From the NCBI GenBank assembly GCA_040954595.2, contig CM082581.2:2348699-2412698 (forward strand): DNA of 64,000 bases, in the 5' to 3' direction. Each line of letters opens with the position of its first letter. Within the stretch, counting starts at the first letter, position 1. The translations under genes and the position numbers were made by a program. Source of the DNA: Balanoglossus misakiensis. Its lineage: Eukaryota; Animalia; Hemichordata. Positions 50,847-63,731 of the stretch are shown here, in pieces. A model generated the notes under the pieces. That model saw only the letters and a program-made list of their open reading frames with translations, did no database searches and was not told the origin of the DNA.

Positions 50847-53412
50847 TTATGATACATATGGCTTCCAACCCAACTGCGTGTATAAAGTGAGACCACGTTC
50901 AACTCTCCGCGTTAGCAGCTCAGGATAAACAGCCCTTCTATAGATATAATCTACTGCTGGCAGTGATGTTCTACACCAGCACTCATCAAAATAAATTCTT
51001 TCAATAAAGAGTGGTAGTTCCTCACCCCAAAAAATGACAAAATCAGCACATCTTATTCCTGTGCAATACATTTGACCTTGAACTTGATGCCAGTAAGCAT
51101 GGTTTGTTTTCAAGTGTGGACCCCCCTCATCTAAGCGAAGACAAAATGATTTGTCTTTACATGCCTCAGCAACAGTCATACCTGCTTTTGATGATGGGCA
51201 TTTGCACTCCAATATCACATCTCCCTCTGGATCTCCTTTCACAAGGCCATCAATACTTGCACCCAAATATGGCTTCTCTGAACTTAACCATAATCCCACT
51301 TTTTCAACATCAATATCAGTACCCACTTTCTTTTTCATTTCAATGTATTTTTGTCTTGCAATATGTTCATAAATATTGCCATATTTCATGGACATGGTTT
51401 TGATATCTCTGTACAACATATTTCTAAGATACTTAGATGGTTCCACTCTACATTTTATTGCCATACCAAAATTTGAAGCAGTGAGTTTGGTTTTTCTGAT
51501 CTCTAACCATTCTGTCGAGTCCCTTTGTTCCCTTGTTTTCAATTTTATGGCATTTATTTCATCATTTGACACTTTCATATTGTTCACTTGGCAATCAACC
51601 ATGTCCTTGAAAGATGTTGAGCTAATATCATAGTCATTACTGAATGGCATGGTACCCTGAGTACCAGTAATATCAACTGTGACAGGAACATCAACTTCTG
51701 TACACTCTAGATGTTGCAGTGGTTGAAGGTCATGAAACAGGAAAAACGAGGAGGATTGCAGACACTGCTGTAATGTGCTGCAGAGCTCTGGAAATCTTTC
51801 ACCCAGCTGTCGATCTTGAGGTGCCCTGACATCATATCTTGAAGATGACTGACACATAAGCCTCCCTGACCTCCCATAATGAGGCTGAAATATAGTGATT
51901 TCATTTAGAGGTTTTGGGTCAACCTGAAAAGGATAGAAACAGACATGACAAAGGTTATGATACCAGATATATCAAGTGATGATACCAAAATATAAAATAC
52001 AGCCATGTATAAATGAGGGTTCAAGAGACAAATATATGCTGCTACCCTCCCTTCATGGCCAGTCAACATGTGTATGTGTTGTCATACATGTATACACATG
52101 TATTGATGCAGTAATACTGAAATTCAGCAACTTACCTTGAGATTCCTGGGTACAACCCATACAGAGAGTCTTGATGTACATGATAAAGGCTCTGGGTGAT
52201 CATGAAGTCCACGTCTATGGAAGTCCTCCAATGCAAACAGAACACCACCAACATGTGAACATTTTCCAAGTCCATTATTTCAACGTCTGTAAACATATAG
52301 GTTACAATAATCAGGCCAGTGTATGCTTCCATGCTTATTTTTATGATACTAAAATAATAGTACCCAACACAAAAGTTACACAATGTCATACATGTACTAT
52401 AGAAAAACCTAAGTTAAAGGGAACCAACTCCTAAATGTAAAATTATAAGCATGCATACTATCTGAGTGTTTTAACAAACAATAATAACAATTAAAGCTCT
52501 CATATAAATGCTGGGAAGTGTTTTTGCTAAAGATGAACAGAAAAGTCTTCAGAAGTTACAGCTACTGTCGCTTTAAACATAACAAAATTAAAAAAAATGA
52601 AATCAACAGCCAAAAAAATGGGTACTTTTTCCTTAAAAGCACAAGCTCTATATTTGTTTATAATTCTGTAATTCTAGTGTAACAAAAAAAGGTGATATAT
52701 CAGAGCAACATTAAGATTCACTGCCCACAGAAATCTTGTAGCAGGAAACTAAAAATGCACATCTTGTGCTTGTGAATAAAGTTTCAGTTACCCAGCTGGA
52801 CATTCACAGGCTGCCTTGACAACTTCTCATGAGCTTATGGAAAAGACAATCATTGCCATGTATGGCTTTGGTTTCATTGAAGGTAGAACTTTAGCCTTTA
52901 AATACTTATATTGGTCTTTCACCATAACCTGCATATCCTTAATGTTTCCTTCATAGAAGTATTTGTATGATTTAAGTCTCTTGTATTTAATCCTGCCAAC
53001 GTCAAGTTTATTCATGTGATATCTTTTTGTCTTTATCACTAAATATTCATAGAGCTGAATAAATGTCAATGGTGGAACCTCTCTCGAGTCTCTCAGCCAT
53101 GTTCCTCGCTCCTACTGTCTCTTTTAACAAGTCTCCATACGTAATGTCCCTATTTGTTTCCACATCACAGGGTAAATTTCTGGTTCTACATTCGCCTACA
53201 GAAGACATCACTGCATATGCCCTCAGTACAAGATCTGCTTTCCTACACTTAGATGGAACTTGGTAATCACCATTCTCCGTCAACATGGCCCTAAGCTGAT
53301 TCGTAGTTAGCTGTTTAATACCATTCAAGGAAGAAACACAAACCTTTCCCTCCCAATGTCTGGCTGCTCCGGTCAACGTTTTGTGATTCCATGCTGCTAC
53401 ATGCAGAAACAA
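50847..53412 (-). pseudogene. Spliced SAP/HeH-like + SWIM + YqaJ nuclease gene
   Basis: LTTNQLRAML..KADLVLR; KAKVLPSMK; CECPAG with the remaining SWIM ligands in the next exon; TREQRDSTEWLEIRKTKLTASNF; LGASIDG; ECKCP; YWHQVQGQM. Confidence 0.82.
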
Positions 53413-54278
53413 ATGTGAAAGAGTTATGGATTATTTTCTTCGTTCTACCCCAATTTAAAAAATGTTTACACTATTACAAACGTGTAAAGTTTAGATGTAG
53501 TACTAGTAGGCACGTCATTTGTTGCCATAGTTTGACAAGAGAACCTGTTCAACCCACAACAAAATTACATGTACAGGGGCACACAATTTCAAATCATAGC
53601 AGATGACCTGTCAGTCAAATTCGCGAGACCAAGGACCTAACAAGTTATGCAAATAACCAATCATGCAATATCGAGTGAGTGCGTCTGCCACAGACTACAG
53701 TCGTCCCACATTGTAAACAGTCTGCAAGGTCACGCAAAACCCAACAACTTCCGGGACAGTTGCCATGGCTTCAGTGCAACAGTCCGTCTACTAACTACGG
53801 TACGACTAAATGAAAATTTCCAATCGTCATATATGCAAGGCTCTTGAAATCATGCAACCTCCGTTACTCAATCACAACACAACATTTAACGTCTGACAGC
53901 GACGTACGTGGTCGTACGGCTAACGATGATCCCCTCCGCCTGTACCCACGGACGGTCGATCGTGGGCCGGGCGCGGGCTACACCAAAGCCGGCGACAGAT
54001 TCCGAAAAAAAAAAAAACGAAACATGTTTTGACACGCTCCTCGGAATTATCCTCACCATGAAATAGTTAAGTTTCGAAAAATTGAGTTTCTTACCTGTGA
54101 TTCAGCATGTACTGTGCACACAGACTGAGAGTACGCGTTCGGTGACTGATGTCCACGCTGCTTTCACTATCACTCAGCGAACAGCCTGTCGTAGCATTGC
54201 TTTGGTCACCCTCAGCCTCGTTTTGAACTATAATCGCGCCCTGTTCGAGAATCTCGTTCCTGATCTCGAAAAGGAAGT

Positions 54279-54425
54279 ATTGGCAGAGTCAGTCATCTTG
54301 TCTCTGGTCTCTGCCAATTAGCAGAGTCAGCCATCTTGTCTCTAGCCTCTGCCAATTGGCAGAGTTGACTATCTTGTATCTTGCTTGGAAGGCTAAAAGG
54401 CAGACTTTCTGCCGATTGGCAGAGA
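54279..54425. repeat. Continuation of the 38 bp palindromic minisatellite
   Basis: Same unit, orientation and phase as 47185-47346. Confidence 0.88.
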
Positions 54426-54812
54426 TACAGTAAAAGAAAACATGTTTTTTTTCAATAGAAAAATTAAGTACACTTTTGAATGCCTAGAAATTCTGATTTT
54501 TCTTTGTCCATTTTTGATGTATTATTTTTAAGTGCAATAAAACTCTGATTTTCTATAGAACTTTCTGCCATTTTACTAAGTAAAAAATACATAAACGAAG
54601 CGGATATAAGCAAAACACACACATGTGCACAAGGTTAATATAAAATACGTATATATGTAAAAAAAACTAAGCTAATTTCTATGGCGCCCTACTCGTTAAG
54701 TAAAAACAAATTTTAATTTCTCGTCCTTAGTCTTTTCATATATTCATATATTCCATCTTTTGTTATCGTAAGTCTTGTTTTAACTTATAGTTAATACCGT
54801 TATACTTTCTCT

Positions 54813-57800
54813 TTAAGGGGGTGAGCCGTACTCAATCATGGCGTCCCGTACACTACTACTAGTATCTTTCCTCTCCATGGGAATGTGGACTTTTAATTTG
54901 ACGTCCTTAGTTTCCCTTACACGAGAAGTTTTAGAGGCAACCGCCGAAACAGAAGCGGACGTTTTTGGTGGTAGAGGGGGTGGAGGTGGCAGAGGAGGTG
55001 GAGGGAGTGGCCCCTCTTCAATAAATGGCAAATTTCTATAACCTTTCGTAGGTTGGACTTCCGATTCTATTTTGACTATACCTATTTGAGCCTTGTGGGT
55101 TGTTCTATTCCGATAAGAGTGACCGTCTTTGTCGTCGTCTGTATCGTCAGTTGATACATTGCGGTATCGTGGTTTGTCAAGTACCTCTTCAGGGTATTTT
55201 AGATGTTTGGGGATGCGACGTTGGATTTTCCGTCGCTGTCTATGGATGTTGGGTTCGTCGTCGTGTCCGTAGTGGAAAGGTGTAACATCACTCTCTAGGT
55301 CAGAAACTGAGTGACAAGCTGGTGGCAAAATGCCGAAAGCTCGTCAGAGATGGGCAATTTCTCGACTTATTTCAAGTAATTCTAGGTGAACAGTCTGCAA
55401 CCTAGAAGTAGGGGTTTGAGAATCAATGATTTTAATCTCAGAGTAGATGGAATGTTGAGAATAACCCGCTAAGAGGCGTAGACGAAGGGAGGGTAATGGA
55501 AGCGACCTTAGTTGGCGATAAGTGAAGTATGGGAGACGTATTTTACTTTTCAATTCCAAATCATTGGTGATCAAAGGACTAGCACCGTCACACTGAATAA
55601 CGTGCAGTGGAGACCATGATATCCGCAAATAATTTGACAACAATGATTTCTCCGAGATAGTCAAACTATCCGATGTGAGTGGTGGCGTTCGAACCGAACA
55701 CGGAGAGTAGCGGATGGTGTCAATGAAAAGTATTAAAGCTGCAAGCAGCATTGTCCGGGCCCAAGCTCTATTATCTGATCTGATGCTAATATAGTGTTAA
55801 GTAGGTCAAAGGTCACCCGAGGTCACCCAACATTTGGGCAAAATATTTTGACCCCATACTGGTCCATGTATAACAAAAACAAAACCTCTAGGTCTATTGG
55901 TTCATCATTAATTAGGTATGCGCATATTTAATGAGGTCACCAGAGGTCAAAGGGGTCATGAAAAGTAGCAAAATGTTTTGATCACATACAAATCCACATA
56001 CATCAAAAACCAAACTTATAGCCCTATTGGTTAGCCTGGAATTAGATATGCAGAAAAATGATTCGTCAAAAGTAGGTCAAAGGTCATTGCCAAAATTACA
56101 AAAATATTTATAGCTTATTCTTGTCATATGATGATTCATATCCATAAAAAGAATTTCTGTGCTATCAATTTTTAGGCTAGAAAAGGAATTTTTACTTTTT
56201 AATCGTTTTTCACAAAATCCAATATGGCTGCCATAATCTTCAACCAATCACATTCCCCTTCGCAAACTTGATAGACATCCGTTTAATGACCACACACACC
56301 AAATCTTGTGACTCGGTTATCGCCCGTTCTGGAGGAGAAGATTTTTGAAGTTTTACTATAGTTTTTCGAAAATTCAATATGGCCGCCATAATCTTTGACC
56401 AATCACAATGATCTTCGCAAACTTGATAGACATCAGTTAGGTGACCACATAACCCAAACGGCGTGACTCGGTTACCGCCGGTTCTGGAGAAGAAGATTTT
56501 TGAAATTTTGACCAGATTTCAGAAAAACAACTGTAGCAAAAAAACTGCAACATTGACAGCAAAATATCCAATTACAAAAATGATGGGCAGAGGGTATACT
56601 ACCAGCACGCCAAATCTGAAGTCGATCTGACTTGTAGTTTCTGAGATCTGAGATTTGCATTTTTTCAGAAAATCCAATATGGCCGCCATGTCACGTGACT
56701 AATTAAGTATTCACAAGTCACTGCACATCTACTCATTGACCTTGACCACTGTAGCAAGTTTGAGAACTGTACCTGCAGCGGTGTCTGAGATCTAGAGCGC
56801 GAAAGAAATGAACCAAGAATAAAGAAAGAAAGAAAGAAAAACCCCAACGAAACCAATACGGGCCCAAGCCTGGCTTGGCTTGGGCCCGTAAAAATGGTGT
56901 CTGTGGTGGATGCCAATTCTAAGTAAATGTTGGCCTTAGGAGAATTGCGACAGATGAATGAGTTCTTCACAAAATGCCCGAAAAGGTATTTACGACCTTG
57001 TATGAGAGCCAACTTCAACACTTTGTATGTGATGACGAGGACAACAATAGCGAAAATAACAGTTCGAAGCGTCTGCAAGTCAACAGAAAGGTGTGAGGCG
57101 AAGTCAAACGGAGTAATCCAATCTGTGACAGGCATGTTGGTTGTGTCCCAATAGAGAAATTGTGGTGGGGTGGCAGCATGAACCACTTTGGGTACTTTCA
57201 ATATCATTACAGCAAGTGCCAACTTTCGTATGCGGAGAAAGAGATAGATCTGGAATAGTAAAGATAGTCCTATAACAACAACTGCAGGAATTGCAAGTTT
57301 CATAGAAAAGGAATTGGTTAATATGTCTGTCCAATCATAAGAGAAGGCAGCCTCATCTATAGGGCTAATGAACGCTTGTTCATGGTCTTTGATAACTTGA
57401 GCTGCCCTTTTTAAGTCAACCTTAATATTCTTGTCGACCATTAGAGAACGATTCCATTGTTGTTGCAATACCAATGCATTAGGAAGTTGTGTGATCCAAG
57501 GCTTATTAAAAGTAGAAATACCAGAGAAGTTACCAAGGGCTTTCATAGGATAGAAAGAGTTAAGATAGACAATATTGGCTGCATGAACCACCGAAATAGA
57601 AGAGTTCGGCTGACAAGTTGTAATTACAGCAGGTAAATATAAATCAGCGGAATGTAATTTGCAATCACAAGGAACGTCAACAATGCAAAAGTTGCATTTT
57701 CGCAGAGGAACTATGGATTGATTATTACAATGGAATTTCCAATCATAAGTGGAACCTTCAATCAAAGCCTTAGATTCCGTGAGTTGAATAACACGTGATG

Positions 57801-59160
57801 TCTTTTCCGGAAGAAGAGTCAATGATGTTTGACAATGTGCGTCTATACCAGTCACATTGTCTTGAAACAGATGCCAACTACAACGATCAAATTCCTTTTT
57901 ATAGACTTGAAAAGGTGTAATGCACCGCTTCACCTTACCACCAGTACAACATGAAAATTGATCACTTGTCAATTCAAAGTAAATGGATCCGTCAGTTGCC
58001 ACACCAAAATATGAAGGTAATTCTTGGATCTCAGTGACTCCATTATCAAACACAGAATCTGGCTGTCGGGAACCAAAGGAACCAGGGAGATGAACCGGAA
58101 AGGACAAAACCCTATACAGTTGGTGAATGGTGTCCATCTTGGTTAATGGAACGGTCAACTTGATGTATAAATTGGCATTTGTGTGGTGAAACATTATTTG
58201 ACCTTGTTCATAATAATATTTAGGATGTTGATGAGCTATATGAAAGTGAGGATATTTGCGATCGAGAACTTTAGTGATGGATTGAAGTGCTTGTCGGATG
58301 TCCGATGTGCTGACCAACTCAGGAGGCAAATGACCTAATACTAACGTTTTTAAGGCAGCTAACCTTCCCTCGGCTAGAAATAATAACCTCAACAAGTATG
58401 TGGTCCTACGGTTTAATTCAATATACGTGTGTAATACATCATGTATTAAGTTAATCTCGTCTGCTATTATTACTTGGTCCTCAGCCCCCATATTAATATA
58501 ATCCCTCAATGATTCTACAGTTAACGTCAAGGCCATTACTGTACTATGAGTCTCACTAAAAGATTGCCATAAGTTATCAATCCTATTATTAGTAAGTTGA
58601 ACAACGGTATTTAATCCCTTTTCAAAATTCTAAATAAACCGTTTGTTCTTATTGGCAGTTGTTTCTGCTTGCTGTACGTGCTGGGCCAAAATCTCGACAT
58701 CTTTTGACGTGGCTGTCCCAAATAAGGACTTAGATAATTTGCCAATAATTGGTATAAAAGCCTCTCTCTTAGAACGGGAACTTTGATTATCCTCAAAATC
58801 ATCTGTCCCTAATACATCATTAATTTCACGTCTAACCCGATGAGCATCCCTGAGCAATTGGACAGTTTCTTTCTGATAGGCCTCCAGAGACCTATCGTGT
58901 ATTGAGCAAGATCGAGGTAGAGTAGGTCCTGCACAGGGATATTCATCAGGCATGGAAGTAATGAGATCGTCTATACCAGAAAAGTTGAACCTTGGTACCG
59001 AGAAGGTAACGTGCCAGTGGGAATGAGCAGCTTCAACCAAAGCGACAGGCTCAAAGATGACTCCAAAATTCTGCCGAACGACCAAGTCTGGATTCACACT
59101 ACTGGCGACTTGAAATAGGCAGGTGAAACATGCTACGAAGATCAGGGCATGCACCAAAGC
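54813..59160 (-). pseudogene. env: F-type (baculovirus F/errantivirus-like class I fusion) envelope ORF, with two stops and a HINE insertion
   Basis: Signal peptide; furin site RSKR followed by fusion peptide EAFIPIIGKLSKSLFGTATSKD; Cys-rich ectodomain; TM LAIPAVVVIGLSLLFQIYLFL. The four ORF pieces are in one frame after HINE removal. Confidence 0.85.
55732..56890 (-). mobile_element. Solo full-length HINE copy, 1159 bp
   Basis: Same head, TTTC tract, body and tail as the stacked units. Removing it restores the env frame (acc att tta ctt ttc), consistent with a T|T target and no TSD. Confidence 0.92.
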
Positions 59161-59200
59161 CTAAAAGTAACGAATGCAAAAGAAAATGTAGGGAAACTAG
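59161..59200 (-). promoter_or_regulatory. Putative env splice acceptor
   Basis: Polypyrimidine tract ttttcttttgcattcgttacttttAG directly before the signal-peptide codons; no ATG in frame. Confidence 0.55.
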
Positions 59201-59503
59201 GAAAAACAATAAAATAAAGAAAGGAAAAGCAAAGCAAAGAATAAAAATAATAAAGTATGGACAGCTTCAAGTGTGTATAGCCACGCATGAAGTGATTAAC
59301 TTGTATCAATGGCATACTTGGTTACATAATCAAGTTCTCATGAATGAAATTCTTTAGTTACGTAAACAACAGGTCAAGAAACTATGTCACCTCTAATACA
59401 CACTCTAACACACGGGGGCCCCCTCGTACGCGTACTATCATACTAAACAAACACTCCAGTGACTAGGTTTAAGGTCCTGCTGCAATACGGCGCTAACTTT
59501 TCA

Positions 59504-62500
59504 TTAAATGTTGAAAGACGCTATTATCGGCTTCCCCGTTATCTTCACAGGATTTTTCTGCAATCCTTTTCTAACAACCTCATTTAAGTTTTCTTCGTCT
59601 TCCCAGGTATTATTCCTATTTGAATACCCCTTCCACTTTATTAAATACTGTAACTTCCCATTTCTATAACGTCCTTTTAAGACTCTTTCAACTTCGTAAT
59701 AAGAGTCAGACGAAGTATCGCTAGCTTGCTAATTGGAATCGTCCGATTCCGTATCTGAAGAATGACGTGAATCATTCTGTGTATGTGAATTAATGTCTGA
59801 TTGCTCAACCCTAGAAGAAATTTCATTACCAGATAAGTGAGGGTTGTTGGTATGCGAGAGTGGCAATGGTTCATTCTCCTCTTCTGATTCTGATGATGAA
59901 AATGAAGAGTTAAACTCTGATGGCCTGAGATAAGCACGTTTAAGCCTATTAGCATGAATGACCTTGCGATAATTCTTATTGCTATTTAAGTGTCTCAATT
60001 TATAATTCCATGGGGAAACTGCTTCTGAAAGTACATACGGACCCGTCCATTTATGTACAAACTTCTTATTAACCCCAGGCTTAACAGCGGGTGTATATAA
60101 ATAAACAGGATCCCCTACTTTAAGAGTCTGTGACCGCTGGATATTTTGATCATAGCGGTCTTTCATATTCTGCTGATATCTATCTATGTTTTGTTTGGCG
60201 TATCGATGAGCTATATCCCTTTTTGTGGCTAAGTGTTTAAGGTGTGTATCTATATTTCTTGTCCTACCCTCCACTGGTTGGAATTCAACATCCATGGGCA
60301 ATGTGGGATGCCGACCGTATAACAGATAATACGGGCTGAACCCACTGGACTCTTGAGGGCTAACTCTATAAGCGAAAAGCACTGAACTTAGGCACCGATC
60401 CCAATCTTTCTGTTTACTATCGACAAACATGGATAGCATGTCGACTAAGCAACCATTAAAACGCTCTGTAAGGCCATTAGTTTGTGGACGATAAGGGGTG
60501 GAAACTTTCCTTTGAATGTTGAAGAATTTACAAGTTTCTTGAACAACTTGAGACAAAAAATTCGATCCCTGATCACTCATCAAAACTCTTGGACTGCCAT
60601 AAGTAGCGATGACTTCATCAAACAAGACCTTAGCAACTGTCTCAGCTCGGGCATTTCGTAATGGATACGCTAGTGGGATTTTAGAAAAGTAGTCAGTGAG
60701 TACTAGAATGTACTTATGACCATCATAAGTTCTAGGGAGTGGTCCCACAATATCCATACCCAATCGGTCCCAGGGTCCTGAAACTGGAATAGGTAACAAC
60801 TTGGCGTGTGTTGGGGGTGTGGCTCGTTTTCTTGTGTGGCAATGTGCGCACGTCTTAACGTACATGTTTACGTCCCGAGGCATTCGTTCCCAAAAATATC
60901 TCTGCCTCAGAACTCCTAACGTCTTGGTATACCCTAAATGTCCCCCCAAAACACAATCGTGAGCCCCCCTTAAGACATAATTTCGTAAAGATTTAGGTAT
61001 TACGACCTGCCTAACACAGTCAAGCTTATCAGTTGATTTCCCCGTGGGTTTCCAAAAATGATACAAAACCCCGTCAACAATGTCATAATTTGGAGCCATA
61101 TTAACGAATTTACGAGCTAGCTTGAGATCAGTAGGCAATTCATCATTCTCCAAATAATTAAGAAATTTATTTAGATAACTATCCTTTCTTTGCTCTCCCT
61201 TCATTTGTGATTGAACCTCTTCATCAAATGTATCCTCGATTTGTGACTGAGAGGAATTATCGGAGCTACGAGTTAAAGTCCCGTACCCTGAGGTGGCCTC
61301 AGTATTAGGAGAATCATTAACCTCAGGTTCCGGTCGATGCCTTATCTCAACATTATTTACACCAAGCGGATGTGATGGCTCAGTATTTACAGACTTATCT
61401 AACATTACGATTTGGCTATTAGGTTTGTAGTTTATCTCGGGTGCCTGCTCTAAGTCAGTTACATCAGACTTGTACCCTTCACACTGGGGATAAGGTCGCC
61501 TTGACAGCCCGTCAGCATTCATATGTTTCCTACCAGGTCTGTAAATAATTTCATAGTCATATTGTTGCATGGTCATGATCCAACGTCCAATACGGCCTTT
61601 AGGTATTTTCTGTTTGAACATGTATGTTAAGTTGGAATGGTCCGTTACTATGGTGATATGATTATTACGAATGTATGGATCACAATAACGAATGGCATGG
61701 ACTACCGCCAATGCTTCCATTTCAGTTACTGTATAATTTCGTTCATGACAATTTAAACTTCTCCCGCCATACAAAAAAACTCGTTCAATACCATCCTGTT
61801 GTTGTGCCAATAAAAAACCAAGTGCATGAGTGGAACAATCCGTATAAACAATGAAATCTTTACTGGAATCAGGATACCCCAATATCGGTGCTTCGCATAA
61901 AACCTGTTTCAACTGTTGAAATGCAGCTTCGCACCTTTCATTCCAAAGGAATTTTTCATCCTTACCCAACAACTTATGCAATGGCCTGGCGATAATGGAG
62001 AAATTCTTAATGAATTTCCGATAGTAATTAGCTATACCTAGAAATGACTTAAGTTGCGTGACAGTGTGAGGGCGGGGATAATTCTTGACAGCGGTCACTT
62101 TGCTCTCGTCAACAGCGATTCCGTCTCGGTCTATAATATGACCTAGAAATTTAACGCTCTTTCTCATTAATTGACATTTGCCGGGTTTTAACTTAAGTCC
62201 GGCGTCGCGTAATCTAGTCAAAACTGTGTCAAGATGTTGCAAATGCTCTTCGAATGTGCTACTGAAAACTATTATGTCGTCGATATAACAAAGTACATAT
62301 TGCCACATAATATTGCGCAAAACAAATTGCATGGTGCGTTGAAAACAACTAGCACTGTTGCGTAATCCTTGAGCTAGGCGACGATATTGGTATAACCCTT
62401 GATGAGTTACAAAAGCTGTCTTAGGTCTACTCTCTTCGTCTAAATCTAACTGAAAAAATCCAGACTGTAAATCTAAAGTGGAAAAATACTGCGGCTTGCT

Positions 62501-63731
62501 TCTCCCTAACATTTCAAGTGATTCGTCTGTTCGCGGCAAGGGAAAAGAGTCAGGCACGGTAATTTAGTTCAATTGTCGAAAATCAGTACAAAATCGCCAC
62601 GATCCGTCGGGTTTGCGAACTAAAACAACTGGACTCGCGTATGGAGAGGTAGATGGTTCAATTATACCCTGCGCTAATAATTTGTCAACTTGTGATTCTA
62701 ATTCTCGCCTTTTCTCCGGCGTTACTCTGTACGGTGGACGTCTAAATGGTACGGCCCCCTCCTCAAGTGGGATTGTATGCTTGATTATATCACAATGACC
62801 TAATTTGCCAGTAGAATCAACAAAAGCATCAGAGTTTCTGAGCAACACCTGTTTAAGTTGTTCCCTCTCTTCATTATTTACATCTAAGTTGTCTAATCGC
62901 AATTGAGTCAACAAGTAATTTGTTTTGGTCTGTTTAACACTTGACGATACTGTGCTAACATTAGGCTTATCTAAAGGAATGATATGACTTTGAACAGGCA
63001 AGGGCGAGAACATTCCGACAACAGTATTTTTCTTTATACAAACTTCAGATTCTATAGTATTAACAACACGCACAGGAATAAATTTCTTGTCGGAATATGC
63101 CAAACTTCTCGCCATTAGAACACCAGGAGGTAATTTAGACCTCTTATCGTTAACACAACCTAGAATACCATTTCGAAATTTAGAAGACACTTTAGTTGTA
63201 AATATTGCTTCGCTATTTGGAGGAATTAAAACATTATTACTAGCCCTGACAGATACCTTTGATTTTAAATTTATACTATTGGTTTGGAAATTAACAACAG
63301 CACCATAACGTCGCATAAAATCAACACCCAAAATTAAATCATGGCTGAGAGTGTCGACAAGGTTAACGTATAAAATTACCGTTTGATTCCCAACTTGAGC
63401 AGGTATTTTCATAAATCCCATCACATTTAGTTTACTTGCATCAGCAGTTTGAACAGAATGATAACGAGATTTATAAATTTGATATTTGCTCAGTTCAGGA
63501 ACCATTTTCAACAGTCGGATTGGTGCGACAGTTATGTTTGCTCCGGTATCAATTAAAGAATGTACATCTCTTGAACAAATGGAAACAATAATCTTATTAT
63601 CACTAAGAATAGGGTTTCATCAGATTGACCACTAGTGCCCCTTATGTCCTGCGCTCCCTTACGAGTCTGATTAAATCCAAATTGCGGCCGTTCACTGGGT
63701 GACTCAGCGGAACAAATATCCCAAGTGGGCC
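59504..63731 (-). pseudogene. pol: Pol polyprotein: protease, dUTPase-like spacer, RT, RNase H, integrase, chromodomain
   Basis: LIDTGA; YASPVVLVRK; LDLQSGFFQ; YIDD; YTDCS; TEMEALA; GGHLG..CAHC; GMDIVGPLP; SDQG; NGLTER; WTGPY; [19 protein letters not shown]. Stops at 62564 and 59729, frameshift near 63600. Confidence 0.93.

Larger units (their letters stand above)
47347..54278. mobile_element. Full-length ISL2EU-type transposon with AT TSD
   Basis: AT at 47345-47346 and 54279-54280; removing the element restores GCCAATTGGC. Imperfect TIRs ACT..TTTCGAGAT..CGAGATT..AAAACGAGGCTGA[A/G]GGTGACCA. Convergent transposase and YqaJ genes. Confidence 0.88.

Noticed and set aside
54430-54812. 3' LTR and polypurine tract of the Gypsy element
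   Set aside because: No convincing PPT-TG boundary, and the 5' LTR is outside the window for comparison.
56665-56890. C-terminus of the 623 aa ORF (FTGPSQARLGPV...)
   Set aside because: Read-through into the inserted HINE, not env sequence.
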